A stretch of 64,000 nucleotides of DNA, from the NCBI GenBank assembly GCA_963825545.1, contig CAWGTR010000013.1, forward strand, positions 31,660 to 95,659. The letters are read 5' to 3'. The stretch is from an uncultured Chloroflexia bacterium (GTDB lineage Bacteria > Chloroflexota > Limnocylindria > Limnocylindrales > CSP1-4). This document shows, in pieces, positions 9,442-17,960 of the stretch. The notes under the pieces are model-generated. The model saw nothing but the letters and a program-made list of their open reading frames with translations, made no database searches and was not told the DNA's origin. Each line of letters opens with the position of its first letter. The first letter of the stretch is position 1. A program made the position numbers and the translations under genes.

Positions 9442-9462
9442 CGTCGGCGGATGGCGGGCGAC

Positions 9463-9468
9463 TAGGAT
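9463..9468 (+). promoter_or_regulatory. candidate -10 box TAGGAT, 7 nt upstream of ATG 9476 (leaderless geometry)
   Basis: TAnnnT fit. Context ACTAGGATGGCAGCCATG resembles the boxes at 49153 and 60766. Confidence 0.4.
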
Positions 9469-9475
9469 GGCAGCC

Positions 9476-11225
9476 ATGGATCGGACCTCGGCGCTCATCG
9501 AGCTGATCCGGGCGAACGTCATCGGCGACGACGAGGCGGTGCCGGGCCCGTTCGGGCTGCGCCGGGTCACCTATGCCGACTACACGGCATCCGGTCGCTC
9601 GCTCTCGTTCATCGAGGACTTCATCCGCCAGGCGGTCCTGCCGCTCTACGCCAACACCCATACCGAGTCGTCGGGGACCGGGCTCCAGACCACCCGCTTC
9701 CGCGAGGATGCCCGGCGGGCCATCCGCGAGGCGGTCGGCGGCAGCGAGCGCGACCACGTCGTGCTGTTCGCCGGCTCGGGCTCGACCGGGGCGATCGACA
9801 AGCTGCTCGACTGTCTCGAGATCCGCCTGCCGGCCGACCTCGACGATCGCTACGACCTGCGTTCGCGGGTCCCGCCAGGCGAGCGGCCGGTGGTGTTCAT
9901 CGGGCCGTACGAGCACCACAGCAACGAGCTGCCGTGGCGCGAGTCGCTGGCCGACGTCGTGGTCATCCCCGAGGACCACGACGGCCGGATCGACCTCGCC
10001 CGGCTCGACGCCGAGCTGACCGCTCATGCCGATCGGCCGCTCAAGATCGGCTCGTTCTCGGCGGCGTCGAACGTGACCGGGGTGATCAGCGACGTCCGGG
10101 CGATCTCGATCCTGCTCCACCGCCACGGTGCGCTGTCGTTCTGGGACTTCGCCGCCGCGGCGCCGTACGTCTCGATCGAGATGGGACCGTTCGCCGAGAC
10201 CGGCGGCCGGACGCGAGACCGACCCACTCGCCTACAAGGACGCGATCTTCATCTCGCCCCACAAGTTCATCGGCGGGCCGGGAACCCCCGGCGTGCTCGT
10301 CGCCCGGCGAGAGCTGTTCCGCAATCGGGTCCCGTCGGTGCCGGGCGGCGGGACCGTCGCCTACGTCAACCCGTCGGAGCACGTCTACCTGACCGACATC
10401 GAGCACCGCGAGGAGGGCGGCACCCCGGCCATCGTCGAGTCGATCCGGGCGGGGCTCGTGTTCGGGCTGAAGGAGGCGGTCGGGACGGACGCGATCCGCG
10501 AGCGGGAGGAGTCGTTCATCCACCGGGCGATCGAGCGCTGGTCGCGCAACCCGAACCTGGAGATCCTCGGCAACCCGGCCCTCGACCGGCTGTCGATCGT
10601 GTCGTTCGTCGTGCGGATGCCCGATGCCGGTCGCGGCGCGATGGGCCACGGCGGCCACCGCTACCTCCACCACAACTACGTCGTCGCCCTGCTCAACGAC
10701 CTGTTCGGGATCCAGTCGCGCGGCGGCTGCTCGTGCGCCGGGCCGTACGGCCATCGGCTGCTCGGGATCGACCTCGACACGAGCCACGAGTTCGAGCGCG
10801 AGATCGGGCGCGGCTGCGAGGGGATCAAGCCCGGCTGGGTCCGGGTCAACTTCAACTACTTCATCAGCGAGGCGGTGTTCGCGTTCATCCTCGAGGCGGT
10901 GGAGCTCGTGGCGAGCGACGGCTGGCGGCTTCTCCCCCACTACCGGTTCGAGCCGGAGACCGGGCTGTGGCACCACGCCGCCGGCACCGTCGAGCCGCCG
11001 ATGAGCCTGCGCGACGTGCGCTACGACGACGGCCGCATGTCCTGGCCGTCGCACCGCCGGACCGAGCCCGAGACGGCGCTGGCCGGCTACCTGGCCGAAG
11101 CCCGGCGCCTCCTCGCCGACCCGCCGCCGCCGCCGGCCCCGCCCGAGCACCCGGTGGTCGACGACGACTTCGAGACGCTGCGCTGGTTCCCTCTCCCGGA
11201 CGAGATCGCGATCCCCGTCCGCTGA
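9476..11225 (+). pseudogene. class-V aminotransferase-fold PLP enzyme (cysteine desulfurase-like), frame broken near 10200-10222
   Basis: The N-terminal part is in the frame of ORF 9467-11617 up to ..VSIEMGP. The rest is in the frame of ORF 10128-11225, from DPLAYKDAIFISPHKFIGGPGTPGVLV (PLP-lysine motif SPHK). Start is ATG 9467 or, more likely, the leaderless ATG 9476. Confidence 0.8.
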
Positions 11226-11244
11226 CGAGTGCCAGGCCGCGGGG

Positions 11245-13880
11245 TCAGGCGCGCGAGATCCGACTCCCGCGCGGCGACTTCTCGACCACGATCCGGGCAG
11301 GGAGCCGCTCGGCCAACTCGACCACGTGGGTGACCACGCCGACCATCCGGTCGTCGCCGCCGAGGACCTCGACGGCCCCGATCACGACCTGCAGTGTCTC
11401 CTCGTCGAGCGTCCCGAAGCCCTCGTCGAGGAACAGGCTCGACAACCGAGTCCGCGCGCCGGCGGCCAGCGACGGGACCTGCTCGCTAAGCGCCAGGGCG
11501 AGCGCCAGCGAGGCCAGGAACGACTCGCCGCCGGACAGCGTCTTCACGCTCCGCCGCTCCTCGCCGTTCCACGTATCGACCACGAGGAACTCGTCGTCGA
11601 CCACCTCGAGCCGGTAGCGACCGCTCGACAACTCCTCGAGATGGACGCTGCCGGCGGTCGCCAGCGTGACCAGCGCCTCTTCCTGGAGGAACGCCACGAT
11701 CCGGTCCTGGCGGAGCTCCAGGGCGAGCTGCTTGAACCGGGCGCCCCGCTCGCGCAGCTCGGCGACCTCCGCCTCGAGCTCGGCGCGCCGGGCGATCCGG
11801 GCCTCGAGGTCGGTGATCCGCCGGCCGGCGACGGCGGCCTGGCCGATGGCGGCGCCGTGGGCGGCGTCGATCGACCGTCCGAGCGCGGGGAGGTCCGGCG
11901 CCGGCGGCACGAGATCGCCGGTCGCCGCCAGGGCCTCGACGAGCAGCCCCCCGGCCGTCGCGGCCCGCTCCGCCGCCACCTCGGCACAGCCGGTCGCGAT
12001 CGTCTCGAGCCGCTCGGCGATGGCCGTCGCGGCCACCGCCAGTCCGACAGGATCGTCGTGATCGACGGCCAGTGCCGGCTCGGCCGTCGCGACGTCGGAC
12101 GCACCGCTCCGCCGGCCGGTCCCGCGAGCGCCGGCTCCGGGAGCGCCGACCGTGACCAGGACGCCGACCGGTTCGGCCCGCGCGACGAGATCGGCGACGG
12201 GCAGCGCCGCGAGCCGGGCCCGCTCGGTCGCCAGCTCGCCGCGCGCCTCGCCCAGGAGCCGGTCCATCGCCCGGAGCGCCTCGTCCGCGGCCCCGGCCGC
12301 CGCCCGTTTGGCGGTCTGGTCGGCGATCAGCGCGCCGAGCTCGGCCGTCCGACGCTCGAGCTCGGCGACCGGATCGGCCGGCAGCCGGCCTCCGAAGTCG
12401 GCCGCCAGCACTCCCTCGGCCTCGTCCAGCCGACTTGCCTCGTCGTCGAGCGTGGCCGCGGCGTGGGCGATCCGGTCGCGCTCGCGCTCCAGGCGTCCGG
12501 CCGCCTCGGCCGCCGTCCGCTCGGCCGCCCGGCAGGCCGCCGCGGCCTCCGCGGCCGAGGCGCGGGCGAGCTCGAGGGCGGCGGTCGCGGCCGTCAGCTC
12601 GGGTGCGCCATGCCGGTCGGCAAGCGTCTCGATGGGTCGCCCGCAGACCGGGCACGGGTCGCCGACCGCGAGGCCGGCCACGATCGCGGCGACGCGGTCG
12701 GCCGCCCGCGCGGCCTCGAGGGCCTCGGCGGCGGCGCGCTCGGCTGCGGCGGCGGCCGCTTCTCGCTCCGTGGCTGCGACCGCCGCGCCCGCGGCCGTAG
12801 CCGCCTCGGCCTCGACCGGCTCCGATCGCCGACGCGGCGCCGGCGGCCTGGTCGCGTCGTGCGGCGAGCGCGATCCGGCCCGCAATGAGCACGCGCGCGC
12901 GCTCCAAGCCGCCCGGCGAGCACGGCCGCGTCCCCCCAGGCGACCTCGGCATCGGCGACGGCGCCCGCGGCGGCGGCAGCGAGCTGGGCGTCGCGATGGG
13001 CGGTCTCCTCGGCCGCGACGCGACCCTCCTCCGCCCGTGCCAGCGCCTGCGACAGGCCGCCGATCGCGGTGCCGGCCGAGCGCGCCGTCTCGGCGTGGCG
13101 GGCCGCCTCGGCCCGCAGCCGCTCGAGCTCCTCGAGCTCGCGGTCGAGGGCCCCCGATCGGGCGACCAGTCCGGCGACGGTTTCGCGGGCCGTGGCCAGC
13201 CGGGCGGCGAGGGCCTCGGCCTCGGCGTGCTCCAGGCGGGCTGCCTCGAGCCCATCGGGCGTCGCATCGGCGTACTCCGCTTCGAGGATCCCGACCCGGG
13301 CGGTGACCTCGCCACCGTGCGCCCGCGCCAGCTCGCCCGAGCGGGCCGCGATCCGCTCGAACAGCCCGAGGTCGAGCAGGTCGGCCAGGATCCGCCGGCG
13401 TGTCTTCGCGTCACCGGCCAGGAACTCGGCGAACCGGCCCTGGGGCAGGAGGACGGCCCGGGTGAAGCCGGCATAGTCGAGCCCGACGAGCCGTTCGAGC
13501 GTCGCGTCCGCATCGCGGACTCGGTCGGCTCCGTCGCCGGCCTGGCGCCAGCCCGTCTCGGTCGACGCGTCCGAGCGCTCGACCAGGATCTTCGTCCTGG
13601 CGTCGGCGGTCACGCTCCGGGCGACCCGGTATCGACCGCCACCCGCCTCGAACTCGAGGACGACCGCCGCCCGCGGCTGGCCCTGGCTGACGAGCTGGCG
13701 GACCCCGTCGCCGACCCGCTCGGCCCGCCCGTACAGCGCGAAGGTCAGGGCATCGAGGATCGAGCTCTTGCCCGATCCGGTCGGGCCGGTGATCGCGAAC
13801 AGCTCGAGCCCGTCGAAGTCGACGACCTGCGGCTCGCGGAAGGCCGTGAAGCCCCGGATCTCGAGACGGATCGGCCGCAT
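11245..13880 (-). pseudogene. sbcC: SbcC/Rad50-type SMC-like ATPase, two frame switches in the coiled coil (about 12905-12915 and 12820-12826)
   Basis: N-terminal Walker A ITGPTGSGKSSILDA. Zinc hook CPVCG. C-terminal LSGGESF signature, Walker B LFLDEGFGTLD and VVTHV. GC3 tracking shows three successive frames. Confidence 0.85.
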
Positions 13881-13883
13881 CGC

Positions 13884-15062
13884 TCAGTCGTCCCCGTCGC
13901 GGACGAGGGCGAGGACCTCGTCGAACGCGGCCAGGAGGGCCGGATCGGCGTCGACCCCGTGGGTCATCCGCTCGTACGCCGCGAACTGGTCGCGCGGCCC
14001 GAGCGCCCCGACGCCCGCCGACCGCGCGGCCGGCTCGTCGTCGGCCGACCGGTCGTACACCAGCTTGACGTCGAGGGCGTTCGGCAGCGCCTCGCGGACG
14101 CGATCGGCGATCCCGGGGACCGGGCCGTCGGTCTCCACGAAGACGCGCAGCCAGGCGTCACCGACCGTGTCGCCGGCCGCCGCCACGGCGTCGAGCGACC
14201 CGCGCAGGTCGACCAGGCGCCGACCGGCCGTGAGCGGGATCTCGCGGACCACCGCCGGGGTTCCCGGCGCGGCCTCGACGAGGGCGACCGACTTGCCCTG
14301 CTCGGTCTCGCCGAAGTCGAGCTGGAGGAGCGAGCCCGAGTAGCGGCCCGGCGCGGCCGAGCCGGCGATCCGCTGGGGGCGGTGGATGTGGCCCAGGGCG
14401 AGGTAGCCGGCGGTCGACGGCAGCCGCGCAGGCGACACGGCGTACTCGAGCCCGACGGTCACCTCGCGCTCGCCGCCGCCGAGGAGCGATCCATCGGCGT
14501 AGAGGTGGGCCAGCAGGACGTTGACCCGGTCGGGGCGGAACGCCGTGGCGAAGGCGTCGAGGAGGTTGCCCATCCCGTCGGCGTAGGTGGCGTACCAGCT
14601 CTCGGGCGCATCGAACAGGGCGGCCGTCGAGGCGAAGCGTCGTTCGGGCACGAACGGGACGCAGGCGATCAGCGCGGTCGTCGCGCCGTCGCGCGAGCGC
14701 AGCTCGGCGACTCCTCCCTCGGCCGGGCGGCGGATGTTGCCGACGACGGTCGCCCCGACCGCCGCGAACAGCGGGGCGAACGCCTCGAGCCGCTGGGCGG
14801 AGTCGTGGTTGCCGCCGATCGCGACGACCGGGATGCCCGCCTCGTGGAGGTGGACGAGCGTCTCGACGAGGATGGCGTCGGCCTCCGGCCCGGGAGCCCG
14901 CGAGTCGTACAGGTCGCCGGCGACGAGGACGCCGTCGACCCGCTCGTCGACCGCGATCCGGACGAGCTCGTCGAGGACGGCCGCGAACTCGTCGGTCCGG
15001 GGCCGGTTGCGGATCGTCCGGCCGAGATGCCAGTCCGAGGTGTGCAGGAGCCGGATCGTCAC
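13884..15062 (-). CDS. sbcD: SbcD/Mre11-type nuclease
   Basis: GTG start at 15062. Phosphoesterase motifs LLHTSDWHLG, LVAGDLYD, GNHDS and GHIH. Confidence 0.9.
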   Translation of the reverse strand: MTIRLLHTSDWHLGRTIRNRPRTDEFAAVLDELVRIAVDERVDGVLVAGDLYDSRAPGPEADAILVETLVHLHEAGIPVVAIGGNHDSAQRLEAFAPLFAAVGATVVGNIRRPAEGGVAELRSRDGATTALIACVPFVPERRFASTAALFDAPESWYATYADGMGNLLDAFATAFRPDRVNVLLAHLYADGSLLGGGEREVTVGLEYAVSPARLPSTAGYLALGHIHRPQRIAGSAAPGRYSGSLLQLDFGETEQGKSVALVEAAPGTPAVVREIPLTAGRRLVDLRGSLDAVAAAGDTVGDAWLRVFVETDGPVPGIADRVREALPNALDVKLVYDRSADDEPAARSAGVGALGPRDQFAAYERMTHGVDADPALLAAFDEVLALVRDGDD

Positions 15063-15065
15063 CCG

Positions 15066-16860
15066 CTAGTCGGCCTCGAATGCGGCGAACGGATCGCCAC
15101 CGGACGGCGCCGCCTCCTCGGCCCGCGTCGCCCAGCACGGGAACGGGAAGCGGACCTGGAGCGGCGTCGGGATCGACGGCTGCTGGACGATCACCGAGCC
15201 CGGCTTGAGGATGCCCGCCCGGGCCCGGGTCACGGCCGGGAGGAAGCCGTACTCGGATCGCTGCGCCTCGGCCATGTCGAGCCGGCCGACGACCCGGAAC
15301 GCCGAGTTGGCGATCACCCGGCGCTCGACCTCCGAGGCGGTCTGCTCGGCGCCGACGAGGATGATGCCGAGGCTGCGCCCGCGCTCGGCGACGTCGAGCA
15401 GGACCTCCTTGATCGGGCTCCAGCCCTCGCGCGGGGCGTACCGGTTGAGCTCGTCGAGGACGAGGAAGTGGAGCGGCTCGCGGCGGCCCATCCGCTCCTT
15501 GTGCTCGAAGAGGCGCTTGATCATCACCCCGGTCACGAACCGCTTCGCCCGGTCGTGGAGGTTGTGGATGTCGATGACGGTGACCTGGTTCGCCTCCCAG
15601 TCGATCCGGTGGCGAGCGGGATCCTCGGCGGCGGTGCCCCAGATCAGGTGGCCGACCCGATGGCGGGCCGCCTCGAGCCGGCGCTGGAAGGCGGCGACCG
15701 TGCCCTCGGCCAGCCGGCCACGCCAGCCGGCGTCGTCGTCATCGAGCTTGAGCGCGATCGCGTCGCACAGCTCCTCGAACGAGCCGATCCGGACCCCGTC
15801 GAGGCGGACCGTCGCCGGGGCCTCGGGATCGTCCTGGCACCAGCGATCGAGGAGCGACTCGACCCGGGCGACGAGGTCGGCGATCTGGGACCGCTCGTCG
15901 TCGCCCTCGGCGAACAGGAACCGCAGGTAGCGCTCGCGGACGAACTCGCGGATCGTCCAGTAGTAGGCCGTGACGCCCTCGGTCCGGCCCTCGACCTGGG
16001 GGATCGCGGCGCCGCCGGGAGCACCGGCCCCGCCCGAGCCGGCCGCGCCGGCCCGCGGCGGCGCCCACAGCCCGACCGAGGCGAACGGCCCGGTCGGCAG
16101 CCCGAGTCGCTCGTACTCGGCGCGCGCCTTCTCGTCGAGCTGCGTGTTCGGGCGGTCGAGCCACAGCAGGTCCTCGCCCTTGACGTTGAAGACGAGCGCC
16201 TTCGTGTTCGTCGGCGTACGCCCCGAGGGCCTCGGAATGAAACAGGGCGTAGAGCAGGAACAGGGCGTAGGTGGTCTTCGTGGCGACGCCGCTGATCCCC
16301 GAGATGTTGACGTGGGCGCCGCGGGTCCCGTCCAGGAAGTCGACGTCGAGGTAGACCGGCTCGCCGTCGCGCGACAGGCCGGCCGGCAGGCGCCGGGTCA
16401 TGCGGTCGAAGTAGAGCGCCTCGTCGCGGTCCCGGCCGCGCGCCCGCTTGGCCGGCCGGCCGGGCAGCGGCGGGACGAACACCTCGGGTTCGAACCGGGT
16501 GGCCACGACGAGCGCCGCCTGGGCCGTCTCGGCCGGCAGGATGCCGCGCTCGACGAGGAAGGCGTCCGAATCGAACGCGAGGCCCTCGTGTCGGGCGCGG
16601 ACCTCCTGGACGATCCCGCTGATCCGGACCACGCCGACGCCGGGGACCTCGGTCTCGAGGATCACCGCGTCGTCGAGCTGGAGGTACGAGCCGGCCCCCA
16701 CGCCGACCCAGAACTGGAGCGGGGTCGAGTCCTCCGTCCCGAGCACCAGCCCCACGGGCTCCGAGACAGTCGTTGGCCCGAGCCGCTCGGGATCCTCGGC
16801 CGGCGCCCCGGGCGCGTCGTCGGCGCCGACCGGCGGCGGGAGCGGCCGATCCTCGATCAC
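15066..16860 (-). pseudogene. herA: HerA-like hexameric ATPase/helicase, frame broken near 16209-16232
   Basis: GTG at 16860-16858 overlaps the upstream stop (GTGA). The N-terminal barrel region and P-loop GISGVATKTTYALFLL are in one frame. NTKALVFNVKGEDLLWLD ... Walker B FLVLDELNRYAP continues without stops in another frame down to TAG at 15066. Confidence 0.8.
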
Positions 16861-17816
16861 GCGGCCACCGCCCGATAGAGCTCGGCCTGGAGGGCCCGGC
16901 GCAGGAGCTCCGGATGGCCCATCCGGCGGCGGAGCTCGGCCTCGAGCGCGCCGACCGGGGTCAGGTTCTGGGGGGCTCGCGGATCGATCCCCGGGCGGCC
17001 GGCATAGCGCGGCAGCTCGACCGCGACCCGGTCGGCCAGGTCGCGCGCGCGCCTTATCCCGACCGCCATCCGCACCTCGCAGCGGACGAGACCCGACAGG
17101 TCGTGCCACGGCTCGCGGAGGTCGATGAGGCGCTGGTACCAGGCGAACCGATCGAGGACCTGCCGCCCGAGCGCGAACAGCGGCGTCCGCTCGCCCGGTC
17201 GCAGTCGGGGCAGGAGCGCCGCCGGCGCGTCGACGAGGTAGGTGGTGACCATCCGCTTGGCGATCCCGACCACCGCCGATTCCGGCCCGTGGGGGTAGTG
17301 GAGCGGCCCGTCGGCCAGGACGAGCCCGCTCGGCGCGAGCTCGGCAGCGAGCCGGCCCTCGGCCTCGCGCATCTCGTTCTGGAGGACCTGGAGCGGGGCA
17401 TCCGGGTCGTCCCCGGGAACCGCGATCGCCCGATAGGCGATCGGCTCGCCCGACCCGACGCGGACCACGAGGTCCGGCGCGGCGATCGCGCCGCCGATGG
17501 CCAGGATCCGCCCCACGACGGCGCGCTCGAAGCTTGCCCGGCCGTCGCTGCGGACCGCACCGACCGCGTAGGAGCCGGCGAGCCCCCACGCCCGCTGCGC
17601 GCCGTCGTCGGCGAGCACGCGCAGCTCGACGCGGCGCACGCCGTCGACGAACAGCAGCGGTCCACCAGGCCCGCCGGACGGTCGCAGCGCCTCCGACCAG
17701 TCGGTCGTCTCGATCGTCGGATCGACCTGGATCTCGGTCCCTTCGCTCGCCGCCAGGGTCGCCTCGACGTCACCGCCGTAGTCGGGGCTCCACGGGTCCG
17801 CGCGCAGGATGACCAT
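16857..17816 (-). CDS. nurA: NurA-like nuclease
   Basis: About 320 aa, directly upstream of and overlapping herA. LLFVDGVRRVE resembles the NurA catalytic Asp segment. Start is ATG 17816 or TTG 17825. Confidence 0.65.
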   Translation of the reverse strand: MVILRADPWSPDYGGDVEATLAASEGTEIQVDPTIETTDWSEALRPSGGPGGPLLFVDGVRRVELRVLADDGAQRAWGLAGSYAVGAVRSDGRASFERAVVGRILAIGGAIAAPDLVVRVGSGEPIAYRAIAVPGDDPDAPLQVLQNEMREAEGRLAAELAPSGLVLADGPLHYPHGPESAVVGIAKRMVTTYLVDAPAALLPRLRPGERTPLFALGRQVLDRFAWYQRLIDLREPWHDLSGLVRCEVRMAVGIRRARDLADRVAVELPRYAGRPGIDPRAPQNLTPVGALEAELRRRMGHPELLRRALQAELYRAVAA

Positions 17817-17960
17817 CGACGTCAAGCGTACCCGAAGGCCGTGCCAGCTAGGCCGTCACCGTGCAGCGGCGCGCGACGACGACATAGTGCAAATGCCCCA
17901 TCCGGGCCGCCGAACGGGTGATGGCCGGCAGGCGCGACTGACGCAGACACTCGCGGGGCG

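Noticed and set aside
7092-9570. 701-aa (+, 7092-9197) and 606-aa (-, 7750-9570) ORFs overlapping the carboxypeptidase region
   Set aside because: They are out of frame or antisense to the M14 carboxypeptidase and YceI genes, which have clear motifs. Their composition is Arg/Pro/Gly-dominated.
12885-16295. 1136-aa plus-strand ORF, the longest in the track
   Set aside because: It lies antisense to sbcC, sbcD and herA, which carry unambiguous catalytic motifs. Its translation is Arg/Gly/Pro/Asp-rich with no motifs. This is a typical shadow ORF of a >70% GC genome.
16487-16500. GGGTTCGAACCGGG, resembling a tRNA T-arm
   Set aside because: It lies inside the herA coding frame (..FEPEV..). No acceptor, D or anticodon arms can be drawn around it.
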